NCBI GenBank assembly: GCA_963779415.1
Contig: CAVZYA010000001.1
Location: forward strand, 416,001 to 480,000
DNA length: 64,000 nt
Direction of reading: 5' to 3'
Source of the DNA: an uncultured Acidobacteriota bacterium
Lineage (GTDB): Bacteria > Acidobacteriota > Thermoanaerobaculia > UBA5066
The position numbers and the translations under genes were made by a program. Position 1 is the stretch's first letter; each line of letters starts with the position of its first letter. Positions 1 to 10,367 of the stretch are shown in pieces. The notes below the pieces were generated by a model. It was given only the letters and a program-made list of their open reading frames with translations, did no database searches and was not told where the DNA came from.

Positions 1-824
1 AAGCCGGCTGCACGGGAATCGTGGCGCTCGGCTCACTCGGGGAATCGGCGACCCTTTCGTTCGAGGAGAAGATCGCCGTTCTCCGGACCCTCCGCGGCGC
101 GCTCGCCGGAAAGGCGCCCCTCGTGGCCGGGATCGCGGCGCTCTCGACACGGGAGGCGTGCGATCTCGCGCGGGAAGCCGCGCAGGCCGGCTGCGACGGG
201 CTCATGGTCCTTCCGCCCTACGTCTACCGCGGAGACGACCGCGAGACGGAGGCGCACTTCGGGGCCGTCCTCTCGGCGACGGATCTTCCGTGCATGCTCT
301 ACAACAACCCGATCTCCTACGGCACCGACGTCCTTCCGCCGCGGATCGCGGCCCTCGCCGAGGAGAACCCGAACCTGGTTGCGGTGAAGGAGTCGAGCGC
401 CGACATCCGTCGGGTCACGGAGATCCGCTATCTCGTCGGAGAGCGCCTTTCGCTCTTCGTCGGCGTCGACGACCTGATCGTCGAGGGGATCGCCGCGGGA
501 GCGTCCGGCTGGATCGCCGGGCTCGTGAACGCGCTTCCGGAAGAGTCGGTCCGTCTCTTCGAGCTCTCCAGAGCCGGAAAGAAGGAATCGTTCGGTGCGC
601 TCTACGACTGGTTCCTGCCGCTTCTCCGCCTCGACACCGTTCCGAAGTTCGTCCAGCTGATCAAGCTCGTTCAGGAAGAAGCGGGAATCGGGTCGGAGCG
701 GGTGCGCCCCCCGCGCCTCGTCCTAGAGGGAGCCGAGCGGGCGGCAGCCGTCCGTCTGATCCGGCAGCAGCTCTCGACGAGGCCCCGGGGAAATGACGCG
801 ACGCCGGAGGGGCGGCTTCCGTAA
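1..824 (+). CDS. DHDPS/NAL-family lyase (DapA-like, resembling pyrroline-4-hydroxy-2-carboxylate deaminases); 5' end lies outside the window
   Basis: Frame is open from the window edge (AGCTGIVALGSLGE). Motifs GSLGE, MLYNNP and Schiff-base VKES; GVDDL..EG and GWIAGLVNA. Confidence 0.85.
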   Translation, partial: AGCTGIVALGSLGESATLSFEEKIAVLRTLRGALAGKAPLVAGIAALSTREACDLAREAAQAGCDGLMVLPPYVYRGDDRETEAHFGAVLSATDLPCMLYNNPISYGTDVLPPRIAALAEENPNLVAVKESSADIRRVTEIRYLVGERLSLFVGVDDLIVEGIAAGASGWIAGLVNALPEESVRLFELSRAGKKESFGALYDWFLPLLRLDTVPKFVQLIKLVQEEAGIGSERVRPPRLVLEGAERAAAVRLIRQQLSTRPRGNDATPEGRLP

Positions 825-836
825 CATCCATAGAGG

Positions 837-1550
837 ATGAGGGTCCTTTCGGGGCTTTTCCTGTCCGGCCTGCTCCTCGCCGGGGCGCTTCCGGCCCGTG
901 GAGTCCTCGTCGTCTTCGGAGACGGGCGGCTCCTCCGCGTCGAGTCGTACCAGCTCGAAGACGAGGAGAGGATCGCCCTCTCGCTCCCCGGCGGAGGACA
1001 GATCACGATCCCTCTCGATCTCGTCGACCGGATCGTGGACGAGGAGTACGTGCGGCCCCAGCCGGGAGACGCCGGGGCCGTCGCGAGCGTTCCGGATGCG
1101 GGATCCCGACGATCTGTCCGCGCTTTCGAGGAAGAGCTCCCGGCAGCCTCTCTCTACTCGAAGGAGATCCTTGAGGCCGCGAAGGCACACCGGGTCGATC
1201 CGGCTCTCATCGCGGCCGTCATCAAGGCCGAGTCCAATTTCGACCCGTCCGCCGTCTCGCGAAAGGGCGCCCGCGGTCTGATGCAGCTGATGCCCGCCAC
1301 GGCCCGGCGCCTCGGCGTGACGCACGCCTTCGACCCCCGCGAGAACATCCGCGGCGGCACGGCCTATCTCGCCGAGCTGGCCGACCGGTACGGCGAAACC
1401 TCGGTGGAGCTGATCCTCGCCGCCTACAATGCCGGCGAGCGGGCCGTCGAGGAGTTCGGGGGAGTCCCTCCCTACCGCGAGACGCGTGACTACGTGAAGC
1501 GGGTCACGGCCCTCTGGAACGACGCGCGCGCGGCGCGCCCGGCCTCCTGA
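837..1550 (+). CDS. Lytic transglycosylase (SLT domain) with signal peptide
   Basis: AVIKAESNF (catalytic Glu), GARGLMQLMP and AAYNAG motifs; hydrophobic N-terminus. Confidence 0.92.
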   Translation: MRVLSGLFLSGLLLAGALPARGVLVVFGDGRLLRVESYQLEDEERIALSLPGGGQITIPLDLVDRIVDEEYVRPQPGDAGAVASVPDAGSRRSVRAFEEELPAASLYSKEILEAAKAHRVDPALIAAVIKAESNFDPSAVSRKGARGLMQLMPATARRLGVTHAFDPRENIRGGTAYLAELADRYGETSVELILAAYNAGERAVEEFGGVPPYRETRDYVKRVTALWNDARAARPAS

Positions 1551-2095
1551 TGCTCCGGACCTCCCGCGCCTTCCTCCTTGCCGCGCCGGCCGCATTCGGA
1601 GTGACCCTCGCGCTCTTTTTGATCCTCCATCCGAAGGCGTCGGAGAGCTTCGCCGCCTACCCCTTCATGGCGGAAGCGCTCGGCCCGGTCCTCCGGAGCC
1701 CCTTCCTCCGGTTTCTCCTGACGACGATCGTCTTTTTTCTCGCTCCGTATCTCGTCATCGGAATCCTTCTCGTCCTCTCGGAGCTGGGGCTCGGAGCGGC
1801 CGAGCCGCTCTTCCGCTCTTCCGGACGGCCCCGGAAGCGCCCGGTCGGCGTTCCGGCGGAGAGCCGATGGACCTTCATCGGAGTGACCCTCGCCGCGGCG
1901 GCATGGGCCGGCGCGTCGCTTCATCAGGTGGCGCACGGAGGGGAGCTGCCGGGAGGCGTGAACGTGACCCCCGTCTTCGTCGTCGCGGCCTCCCTCGGCG
2001 CCGTGGCGGCCGGGTTTCTCGCCTCGCTTCTCGCGGCCCTGCCGCGCGCCCTTTTCGGCGGCTCGCCCCCTCCCCGTGTCCGCCGAGCGCGCTGA
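1550..2095 (+). CDS. Hypothetical membrane protein (about 4 TM)
   Basis: TGATG overlap with the SLT gene; four hydrophobic segments. Confidence 0.7.
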   Translation: MLRTSRAFLLAAPAAFGVTLALFLILHPKASESFAAYPFMAEALGPVLRSPFLRFLLTTIVFFLAPYLVIGILLVLSELGLGAAEPLFRSSGRPRKRPVGVPAESRWTFIGVTLAAAAWAGASLHQVAHGGELPGGVNVTPVFVVAASLGAVAAGFLASLLAALPRALFGGSPPPRVRRAR

Positions 2096-2117
2096 CGGCG
2101 CGCCTATACTTCGGCGC

Positions 2118-3656
2118 GTGACCCCCGACAGCGACACGATCGTCGTTCTCGACTTCGGCTCCCAGTACACGCAGGTGATCGCCCGCCGGATCCGCGAGGC
2201 GCGGGTCCGTTCGGTCGTCCTGCCGTTCGACACCCCGGCCTCCGAGATCGCGGCGCTCTCGCCGAAGGGGATCATCCTCTCCGGCGGACCGTCGAGCGTC
2301 TACGACGAGGGAGCCCCGGCGGGCGACGGGAAGCTCTTCGACCTCGGGAAGCCCGTTCTCGGTCTCTGCTACGGAATGATGTGGATCGCCCGGAAGTTCG
2401 GCGGAAAGGTGGGCCGGGCCCCCGGGCGGGAGTACGGCCGGGCCGTCGTCGATGTCTCCGGAGGCCGTCTCTTCCGCGGCCTCGGCCCGCGCGAGACCGT
2501 CTGGATGAGCCACGGCGACCACGTGGAGACGCCGCCGCCCGGCTTCTCGATCGTCGCGACGACCCCGAACGCCCCCGTCGCCGCGTTCGAGGATCCGGCG
2601 CGGCTCCTTTTCGGAATCCAAGGACACCCCGAGGTGCATCACTCCGAGCATGGCGCCGCCATGATCGAGAACTTTCTCTACGACGTCTGCGGGGCGAAGC
2701 CGACCTGGACGATGGCGGGCTTCCGCGACGCGGCGATCGCGCGCCTGCGGGAGACCGTGAAGGAAGGCGTGGTTCTGGGCGCCCTCTCCGGGGGGGTCGA
2801 CTCCACGGTCGCGGCCGTCCTGATCCGCGAGGCGATCGGGGAGCGGTTCCGGGGCGTCTTCGTCGACACGGGGCTCCTCCGGAAGAACGAGGGGCGGCAG
2901 GTGCTCGAGGCGTTCCGCCACCTCGGCCTTCCCGTGACCGGCGTCGACGCCTCCGCGCGGTTCTTCGCGGCCCTCGCCGGCGTCACGGAGCCGGAGCAAA
3001 AGCGGAGGATCATCGGGGGGCTCTTCATCGACGTCTTCACGGAGAACGCGAAGGCCGTCGACGGGGCCCAGTGGCTCGCGCAGGGGACGCTCTACCCGGA
3101 CGTCATCGAGTCGGTTTCGATCAAGGGGCCGTCCGCCGTCATCAAGACCCACCACAATGTGGGAGGCCTCCCCGAAAAGCTCGGCTTTACGCTCGTGGAG
3201 CCGCTCCGCGAGCTCTTCAAGGACGAGGTCCGCCGTCTCGGCGAGGAGCTCGGGATCCCGCGCGAGATGCTCTATCGTCACCCCTTTCCGGGGCCGGGCC
3301 TCGCCGTCCGGATACCCGGCGACATCACGCCGGACCGGGTCGGGATCCTGCAGGAGGCCGATGCGATCTTCCTCGAGGAGCTTCACGCGGCCGGCTGGTA
3401 CGAGCCGACGGCGCAGGCCTTCGCGGTCCTCCTCCCCGTCAAGAGCGTCGGCGTCATGGGGGACGGCCGGACGTACGAAAACGTCGTGGCCCTGCGCGCC
3501 GTCACGACCGAGGACTTCATGACGGCCGACTGGGCGCGTCTCCCGCACGACCTTCTCGACCGGGTCTCCCGGCGGATCGTCGGCGAGGTCCGCGGCGTCA
3601 ACCGCGTCGTCTACGACGTGACCTCCAAGCCCCCCGGCACGATCGAGTGGGAGTAA
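2118..3656 (+). CDS. guaA: GMP synthase (glutamine-hydrolysing)
   Basis: LDFGSQY, GLCYG, HPE, SGGVDS, IKTHHNVGG and KPPGTIEWE. Start placed at GTG 2118, 7 nt after TATACT. Confidence 0.97.
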   Translation: MTPDSDTIVVLDFGSQYTQVIARRIREARVRSVVLPFDTPASEIAALSPKGIILSGGPSSVYDEGAPAGDGKLFDLGKPVLGLCYGMMWIARKFGGKVGRAPGREYGRAVVDVSGGRLFRGLGPRETVWMSHGDHVETPPPGFSIVATTPNAPVAAFEDPARLLFGIQGHPEVHHSEHGAAMIENFLYDVCGAKPTWTMAGFRDAAIARLRETVKEGVVLGALSGGVDSTVAAVLIREAIGERFRGVFVDTGLLRKNEGRQVLEAFRHLGLPVTGVDASARFFAALAGVTEPEQKRRIIGGLFIDVFTENAKAVDGAQWLAQGTLYPDVIESVSIKGPSAVIKTHHNVGGLPEKLGFTLVEPLRELFKDEVRRLGEELGIPREMLYRHPFPGPGLAVRIPGDITPDRVGILQEADAIFLEELHAAGWYEPTAQAFAVLLPVKSVGVMGDGRTYENVVALRAVTTEDFMTADWARLPHDLLDRVSRRIVGEVRGVNRVVYDVTSKPPGTIEWE

Positions 3657-3706
3657 TCGACCCGCCGCGGACCCAGGATCCCCTCGCGACGCGGGAGGCG
3701 GAGCGG

Positions 3707-4405
3707 GTGAGGCCGGACGGGCGGCGGCTCGCGATCCTCGGTGCGAGCGGCCTCGTTGCGATCGTTCTCGGCCGGGTCTTCCCGCTCTCGATCGTGTCGA
3801 ACGGGATCTCGCTGCTCGTCCACGAGCTGGGGCACACGGCGGCTTCGATCTTCTTCGGGAGCTTCGCCGTTCCGGCCGTCGTCCTGACGGTGACGTTCGA
3901 GCAGACGCTCCCGTCCGTCCTCGCGGTCTGGGCCGTCCTTCTCCTTATCCTCTGGTACGGGCGCTCCGTGAAGGCCTTCGCCATTCCGTTCGGCGCTCTC
4001 TGCGCGATCTATCCTTTCCTCGCCCGATCGCCGCTCCACGTCTCGCTGATCTCGGCCGCCGGGCACGGTGCGGAGATCGCGTGCGCGGCCTTCTTCCTCT
4101 GGCGCGCCGCGACCGCCGACCTCGAGAGGGAGTGGGAGCGCCCCGGCTGGGCGCTCCTCGGGTGGCTCCTCTGGGTCCGGAACGTGGCGTTCGCGTGGGG
4201 CCTTCGGACGAGCCGGGAGGCGCGGACCGACTACCTCTCGATCTCGTTCGCCGGAGACAACGACCTCGTCCGAATCGCGAAGAGCGCCGGGATCCCTCTC
4301 GAGACCGCCGCCGGGGTTTTTCTCGCACTCGCCCTCGCCGTTCCGGCGGCCGCCCTCCTTCTCGCCTTTTTTCGAGGCCGGAGGGACGAAGAGTCGGTTC
4401 TCTAG
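3707..4405 (+). CDS. Membrane protein with HExxH motif (M50B-like zinc peptidase); start uncertain
   Basis: VHELGH within hydrophobic segments; multiple TM helices; GGAGG upstream of GTG 3707. Confidence 0.6.
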   Translation: MRPDGRRLAILGASGLVAIVLGRVFPLSIVSNGISLLVHELGHTAASIFFGSFAVPAVVLTVTFEQTLPSVLAVWAVLLLILWYGRSVKAFAIPFGALCAIYPFLARSPLHVSLISAAGHGAEIACAAFFLWRAATADLEREWERPGWALLGWLLWVRNVAFAWGLRTSREARTDYLSISFAGDNDLVRIAKSAGIPLETAAGVFLALALAVPAAALLLAFFRGRRDEESVL

Positions 4406-4418
4406 AATCGGACGCGCG

Positions 4419-5825
4419 ATGAGCCCGCCCCCCGACATCCCGTTCCCTCTTCCGCTCTCCGCGTACTCCGGCGAGGAGGGGATGAGCCTCGTCAAGGTCC
4501 TCGTCCACCGCGTCTCGGTCGAGCCGATGAACCTCGTGGCGACGGCGATCTTCGGCCTGGCGATCCTGCACACCTTCTTTGCACCGCGGCTCATGGCGGC
4601 GTCGCATCACCTGAGGGCCCGCGTGGAAGCCGAGCGCGGACCCGGGGCCCACAGCTTCCGCGTGGAGGTTCTTCACTTCCTCGGCGAGGTGGAGGTGGTT
4701 TTCGGCATCTGGGCCATCGTCCTGTTCGCGGCGATGACGGCCGTCTTCGGTCCGCACTCGATGAAGGCGTACGTGAGTCGCGGGGTCGATTTCACCGAGG
4801 CGGCGTTCGTCGTCGTGGTCATGGCGGTCTCGGCGACGCGGCCCGTCATGGTGTTCGCGGAGTCGCTCCTCGGCTCGATGGCCCGGCTCGGGCGGTCGAC
4901 GCCCCTCGCCTGGTGGCTCTCGACCCTGACCTTCGGCCCCCTGCTCGGCTCCTTCATCACCGAGCCGGCGGCGATGATCATCTGCGCCCTCGTCCTCTCC
5001 CGGCGCCTCTTCGACCTCGACCCGAGCCGGCGGCTCCGCTACGGAACCCTCGGCCTCCTCTTCGTGAACGTCTCCGTCGGGGGGACCCTGACGCACTTCG
5101 CGGCGCCCCCCGTCCTGATGGTCGCGACTCCCTGGGGCTGGGACTTCTCCCACATGGCGACGCATTTCGGCTGGAAGGCCGCGGCGGGGATCGTCGTCGC
5201 GAACGTCGTCTACGCGCTCGTCTTTAGGCGGGAGTTCGCGGAGCTTCGCCACCGGCTTCCGGCCATCCCGGAGGGAGGCGGAGGAGGGCCCGCCGTTCCC
5301 GCGTGGGTCACCGGCGTCCACCTCGCGACGCTCGCCCTCGTGGTCTGGTCGTCGCACACGCCGCCTCTCTTCATCGGGAGCTTCCTGATCTTCCTCGCGT
5401 TTCAGCAGGCCACGGCGCCCCACCAGGACCCGCCGAACCTCCGGACCCCCCTCCTCGTCGGGTTCTTCCTCGCCGGGCTCGTCATCCACGGGACGCTCCA
5501 GCAATGGTGGATCGCTCCGGTCCTCGGACGGCTTTCGGAGCTTCCGCTCTTCATCGGGGCGATGGTGCTGACGGCATTCAACGACAACGCCGCGATCACC
5601 TATCTCGCCACGCTCGTCCCGGGGTTCACCGAGTCGCTGAAGTACGCGGTGGTGGCGGGCGCGGTCGCGGGCGGGGGTCTGACGGTCATCGCGAACGCTC
5701 CGAATCCGGCCGGCCAGGCGACGCTGGCGAAGCACTTTCCGGAGGGGGTCTCGCCGCTCGGCCTCTTCCTCGGAGCGCTCTTCCCGACCGCGGTGATGGC
5801 GGCTTCCTTCCTTCTCTTCCGCTGA
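4419..5825 (+). CDS. Putative Na+/H+ antiporter (DUF1504-type)
   Basis: HFLGEVEVVFG, SFITEPAAM, GGTLTHFAAPP, FNDNAAITY and GGGLTVIANAPNPAG; polytopic. TAGAAT at 4403-4408. Confidence 0.85.
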   Translation: MSPPPDIPFPLPLSAYSGEEGMSLVKVLVHRVSVEPMNLVATAIFGLAILHTFFAPRLMAASHHLRARVEAERGPGAHSFRVEVLHFLGEVEVVFGIWAIVLFAAMTAVFGPHSMKAYVSRGVDFTEAAFVVVVMAVSATRPVMVFAESLLGSMARLGRSTPLAWWLSTLTFGPLLGSFITEPAAMIICALVLSRRLFDLDPSRRLRYGTLGLLFVNVSVGGTLTHFAAPPVLMVATPWGWDFSHMATHFGWKAAAGIVVANVVYALVFRREFAELRHRLPAIPEGGGGGPAVPAWVTGVHLATLALVVWSSHTPPLFIGSFLIFLAFQQATAPHQDPPNLRTPLLVGFFLAGLVIHGTLQQWWIAPVLGRLSELPLFIGAMVLTAFNDNAAITYLATLVPGFTESLKYAVVAGAVAGGGLTVIANAPNPAGQATLAKHFPEGVSPLGLFLGALFPTAVMAASFLLFR

Positions 5826-5865
5826 AACCGTTCCGTCTCCCGCGACGATAGAATCCGGAGCGGGA

Positions 5866-8800
5866 ATGACGTCCGACTTCGTTCACCTCCATCTCCACAC
5901 CCAGTACTCCCTCCTCGACGGCGCCAATCGCGTCAAGGACCTGATCCACCAGGTGAAGGGGCTGGGAATGGACGCCGTGGCCGTGACGGACCACGGAAAC
6001 ATGTTCGGCGCCTACGAGCTCCAGACGGCGGCGCTCGACGCGGGGGTCAAGCCGATCCTCGGCGTGGAGGCGTACGTCGCGCCCGGCTCCCGCTTCGACC
6101 GGGAGCAGGTGAAGACCTTCGACGGCGAGGGGAACAACTACCACCTGACGCTCCTCGTCGAGACCGCCGAGGGATACCGGAACCTGACTCGACTCGTCTC
6201 CGAAGCGTTCCTCTCCGGTTTCTACTACAAGCCGCGGATGGACTGGGAGCTCCTGGAGCGCCACCACGCCGGCCTCATCGCGCTCTCCGGCTGCCTGAAC
6301 TCCGAAGTCTCCAAGCGGCTGCGCGCCGGGGACTACGCCGGGGCGAAGGCCACGGCCCTGAAGTACCGGGATCTCTTCGGGAAGGACCGCTACTTCATCG
6401 AAGTGATGGACCACGGCATCCCGGAGCAGCGGCAGATCCTCCCGGACCTCTTCCGGCTCTCGAAGGAGACGGGGATCCCGCCGGTGGCGACCAACGACGC
6501 CCACTACCTCACGCGGGAGGACGCGCCGGCCCAGGACGTCCTACTCTGCATCGGGATGGGGAAGACGCTGAACGACGCCAAGCGGATGCGCTTCTACAAC
6601 TCCGAGTTCTACGTGAAGAGCCCGGCGGAGATGTCGGAGACGTTCCGCTCCTGGTCTTCAGACGCCGTGAGAAACACGGCGGTCATCGCGGACCGCATCG
6701 AGGCCGGCGTCATCGTCGACACGGGGCTGAAGATACCGAGCTTTCCCGTCCCCCAGGGACGGGGAGATCCGGAGGAATTCCTCGAGAGCCTGGCGCGGGA
6801 AGGGCTGGAGAAGCGCCTCGCGCCGCTCCCGGCCGGCCTCACGGCCGGGGGGACGAAGCACACACGGGAGGAGTACGAGGAACGGCTCGCGTGGGAGCTC
6901 GGGGTCATCCGGAAGATGGGGCTCTCGAGCTACTTCCTCATCGTCTGGGACTTCATCCGGTTCGCCCGCGAAAGCGGCATTCCCGTCGGACCCGGGCGGG
7001 GGAGCGCCGCCGGCTCGCTCGTCGCGTACACCCTCCGGATCACCGAGGTCGATCCCCTCGCGTACGGCCTCCTCTTCGAGCGCTTCCTGAACCCCGACCG
7101 GATCTCGATGCCCGACATCGACGTCGACCTCTGCGAGCGGCGCCGCGGAGAGGTGATCGAGTACGTCCGCCAGAAATACGGCCGGGAAAACGTCGGACAG
7201 ATCATCACCTTCAACTCGATGAAGGCGCGGGCCGTGATCCGGGACGTCGGACGGGTTCTCGAGGTGCCGCTCGCGGAGGTGAACCGCCTCTGCGGAATGA
7301 TCCCCTCGAGCCCGGGAAAGCCGGTGACGCTCGCCGAGGCGCGGCGGTCCGTGAAGGAGCTTTCGGAGGCGCTCCAGGGGAGCGAAACGTATCGCCACCT
7401 CTTCGATCTCGCCGAGCGGCTCGAGGGGGTCTCCCGGCACGCCGGCGTCCATGCGGCGGGCGTTCTCATCGCCCCCCGCCCTCTCGTGGAGTACCTCCCG
7501 CTCTACCGCAACAACAACGACGAGATCACGACCCAGTACGAGATGAAGTCCGTCGACCGGATGGGGCTCCTCAAGATGGACTTCCTCGGGCTGATCACGC
7601 TGACGATCCTCGACGACGCGCTGAAGTTCGTCGCGAAGCGGACCGGGACGCTCCCCGACCTTTCGCTGATCCCGCTCGACGATCCGGAGGTCTATCGGCT
7701 CTTCGCCGAGGGGAGGACGGACGGTGTCTTCCAGTTCGAGTCTTCCGGGATGCGCGACCTCCTCCGCCGCGCGCGGCCGGAAGCGTTCGAGGATCTCTGC
7801 GCCCTGAATGCGCTCTACCGGCCGGGGGCCCTCGACGCGGGGACCGTGGAGCTCTACATCGAGCGCCGCCGCGGGAAGAAGTTCGACTCCCCGCTCCCGC
7901 AGCTCGAGCCGATCCTCCGCGAGACGTACGGGATCCTCGTCTACCAGGAGCAGGTCATGCTCGCCGCGCGGGCCGTGGCTGGCTACTCGCCGGGGGAGGC
8001 CGACAAGCTCCGGAAGGCGATCGGCAAGAAGGACGACGCCCTCCTGAAGGCCGAAGGAGCCAAGTTCCTGAAGAAGGCCGCCGCCACCGGAACGCCGAAG
8101 AGGAAGGCCGAGGAGCTCTGGTCGCTGATCCTGCCGTTCGGCCGGTACGGCTTCAACAAGTCCCACTCCGTCGTCTACGCCCTTCTCGCCTACCGGACGG
8201 CGTGGATGAAGGCGCATCACCCCGTGGAGTTCCTCGCGGCGACCCTGACGGCGAACTCGGGAAAGTCCGACGACGTCGTGAAGTACGTGAACACCTGCCG
8301 GGAAATGAAGATACCGGTCCTCCCTCCCGACGTGAACGCGTCCGACTTCTCCTTCACGCCGGACGGGGACGCGATCCGCTTCGGCCTCGGGGCCGTGAAG
8401 GGGGTGGGGGAGGGAGCGGTCGCCTCGATCCTCGGAGCGCGTGCCGCGGACGGGCCCTTCCGCTCCCTGACCGACTTCTGCTCCCGCGTCGACCTCCGCC
8501 TCAACAACCGAAAGGTGATCGAGGCGCTCGTCAAGTCGGGCTCGTTCGACTCCCTCGGGAAGAGCCGGACCGCGCTCCTCGCCGGGCTCGATTCGGCGAT
8601 CGAGGTCGCCGCCGCGCACCGCGAGGCGAAGAGCTCGGCCCAGAACGTCCTCTTCGAGGTCTCGTCCGAGGCCTCCCTCGTCGACCGCTTCCCCGATCTC
8701 CCCGAGGCGCACGCCGAGGAGAAGATCCGGCACGAGAAGGAGACGCTCGGCTTCTACATCACCGGGCACCCTCTCGCGCGGTTCGAGGAGGAGATCCGGC

Positions 8801-9408
8801 TCTTCGGCAACGTCACCGCGGAGTCGGCGCGCGAAAAGGTCGACCAGCAGGTCCGTCTCGTCGGGCTCGTGGCGGCGCTGAAGAAGAGCCAGATCAAGAA
8901 GGGGGCGAACGAGGGGAAGATCATGGCGAAGGCGACGCTCGAAGACCTCACGGGGAGCGTCCCCGTCACCATTTTCGCGAGCCTCCTCGAGAAGGTGGGG
9001 GGATGGCTCGAGGCGGGGAAGCCCGTCCGCGTGACGGGGACGGTCCGCGGAAGCTTCGCGCCCGGGGCGCCCGCCCCCGAGGAAGGGGAAGGGGGCCTCG
9101 CTCCCGTGGAGATCGTGGCCCGGGAGATCGAGCCTCTGGAGGGGCTGCGCGAGCAGAGCGCGCGGGAGCTGCTCCTCGTCGCGTCGATCCCGGAGACGCT
9201 GGACGAGACGTTCGCCGGCGTCAAGCAGCTTCTCGAGGCCTCGCCCGGCAGCGTCCCCGTCTCGCTCGAGCTGCGCCGCGCCGGGCACTTCGAGGCCGTC
9301 GTGAAGCTCGACCCCCGGTACGCGGTGAAGCCGACGCCGGACCTGACGGCGCGCCTCGAAGGCCTCCTCGGGCCGAAGTCCGTCCGGTACCAGTACGCGA
9401 CGCCGTAG
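5866..9408 (+). CDS. dnaE: DNA polymerase III alpha subunit
   Basis: PHP domain HLHLHT/TDHG/NDAHY, GRGSAAGS, PDIDVD, GVFQFES and FNKSHS; no intein seen. Confidence 0.98.
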   Translation: MTSDFVHLHLHTQYSLLDGANRVKDLIHQVKGLGMDAVAVTDHGNMFGAYELQTAALDAGVKPILGVEAYVAPGSRFDREQVKTFDGEGNNYHLTLLVETAEGYRNLTRLVSEAFLSGFYYKPRMDWELLERHHAGLIALSGCLNSEVSKRLRAGDYAGAKATALKYRDLFGKDRYFIEVMDHGIPEQRQILPDLFRLSKETGIPPVATNDAHYLTREDAPAQDVLLCIGMGKTLNDAKRMRFYNSEFYVKSPAEMSETFRSWSSDAVRNTAVIADRIEAGVIVDTGLKIPSFPVPQGRGDPEEFLESLAREGLEKRLAPLPAGLTAGGTKHTREEYEERLAWELGVIRKMGLSSYFLIVWDFIRFARESGIPVGPGRGSAAGSLVAYTLRITEVDPLAYGLLFERFLNPDRISMPDIDVDLCERRRGEVIEYVRQKYGRENVGQIITFNSMKARAVIRDVGRVLEVPLAEVNRLCGMIPSSPGKPVTLAEARRSVKELSEALQGSETYRHLFDLAERLEGVSRHAGVHAAGVLIAPRPLVEYLPLYRNNNDEITTQYEMKSVDRMGLLKMDFLGLITLTILDDALKFVAKRTGTLPDLSLIPLDDPEVYRLFAEGRTDGVFQFESSGMRDLLRRARPEAFEDLCALNALYRPGALDAGTVELYIERRRGKKFDSPLPQLEPILRETYGILVYQEQVMLAARAVAGYSPGEADKLRKAIGKKDDALLKAEGAKFLKKAAATGTPKRKAEELWSLILPFGRYGFNKSHSVVYALLAYRTAWMKAHHPVEFLAATLTANSGKSDDVVKYVNTCREMKIPVLPPDVNASDFSFTPDGDAIRFGLGAVKGVGEGAVASILGARAADGPFRSLTDFCSRVDLRLNNRKVIEALVKSGSFDSLGKSRTALLAGLDSAIEVAAAHREAKSSAQNVLFEVSSEASLVDRFPDLPEAHAEEKIRHEKETLGFYITGHPLARFEEEIRLFGNVTAESAREKVDQQVRLVGLVAALKKSQIKKGANEGKIMAKATLEDLTGSVPVTIFASLLEKVGGWLEAGKPVRVTGTVRGSFAPGAPAPEEGEGGLAPVEIVAREIEPLEGLREQSARELLLVASIPETLDETFAGVKQLLEASPGSVPVSLELRRAGHFEAVVKLDPRYAVKPTPDLTARLEGLLGPKSVRYQYATP

Positions 9409-9428
9409 GATTCCGGGAGGAGAAGAGA

Positions 9429-10367
9429 ATTCCTTCGAAGGAGAGAGAGCTCGTACGGGTTCTCGCGGCGGTGGGACGCGTCGCGGCGGATGCGGGCCTT
9501 CCCGTCTACGTCGTCGGAGGCGCGGTCCGCGATCTTCTTCTTCACCGCTCTTCGAAGGACCTTGATTTCGTGGTCGAAGGGCCGGCAGGCAGGGCGCTTC
9601 ACCTTTCGTCGTCGTTTTCGGCTCTCCCGGGCTGGTCCCTCGTCGCCACGCACCCGCGGTTCGGGACGGCCACGCTCGTCGCTCCGGACGGCCTCCGCGT
9701 CGACCTCGCCTCCAGCCGGTCGGAGAGCTATCCGCGCCCCGGCTCCCTGCCGATCGTCGAGACCGGAGCTCCCCTCACCGAGGATCTCCGCCGCCGGGAC
9801 TTCACGATCCACGCGATGGCTCGGGCCCTCGCCGCCGACGGCGCGCTCGGTCCCCTCGTCGATCCGTTCGGCGGCAAGGGAGATCTCGAGAGGCGCTGCC
9901 TCAGGCTCCTCCACCCCCGCTCGCTCGTGGACGACCCGACTCGCGCGCTTCGGGCCGTCGTGTACGCCGTCCGGCTCGGCTTCGGAATCGAGGGGAGCTT
10001 CCGGGCCGCCCTCTCACGGGCACGGGCGGAGAGAGCCTTCGACGCCGTCAGCGGGGACCGACTTCGGCGGGGGCTCGAGCTGGCGATCGGAGAGGACGAC
10101 TTCGAAAAGGCAACAGAGCTCCTCCTGAAATTCGCACTCCTCGACGACATCTGTCCCGGCTGGGGAGAGGGTCTGCAAAGAGAGATTTCTTCGAAAGGGG
10201 GAGAAAAGGAAGAGGGAAAAGAAGAAGCATCAGCAGAGGTGCGCCGCGTGGCGCGCCGGTGGGCTCGGCTTCTTTCCGGTTCTTCACCTTCAAAGAAATG
10301 GGACATTGCGGAGCGCTTGAAGTTCTCTCGTGCGCTTCGGCGGGCGACAGGGGTTCCTCTTCGATGA
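9429..10367 (+). CDS. Class II tRNA nucleotidyltransferase / poly(A) polymerase family (CCA- or A-adding-like); proposed ATT start
   Basis: VGGAVRD..DLD, DLRRRDFT, DPFGG..DL and DDPTR..R motifs. GGAGG lies 8 nt before in-frame ATT 9429; the alternative start is GTG 9471. Confidence 0.85.
   Translation: MPSKERELVRVLAAVGRVAADAGLPVYVVGGAVRDLLLHRSSKDLDFVVEGPAGRALHLSSSFSALPGWSLVATHPRFGTATLVAPDGLRVDLASSRSESYPRPGSLPIVETGAPLTEDLRRRDFTIHAMARALAADGALGPLVDPFGGKGDLERRCLRLLHPRSLVDDPTRALRAVVYAVRLGFGIEGSFRAALSRARAERAFDAVSGDRLRRGLELAIGEDDFEKATELLLKFALLDDICPGWGEGLQREISSKGGEKEEGKEEASAEVRRVARRWARLLSGSSPSKKWDIAERLKFSRALRRATGVPLR

Noticed and set aside
3654-3709. Possible ATC start overlapping the guaA stop (TAATC)
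   Set aside because: In frame, but GTG 3707 has a good GGAGG SD and precedes the first TM, so no near-cognate start is needed.
6891-9428. 1158-aa ORF overlapping dnaE
   Set aside because: Only the last ~312 aa are a real nucleotidyltransferase; the rest is an off-frame shadow of dnaE.
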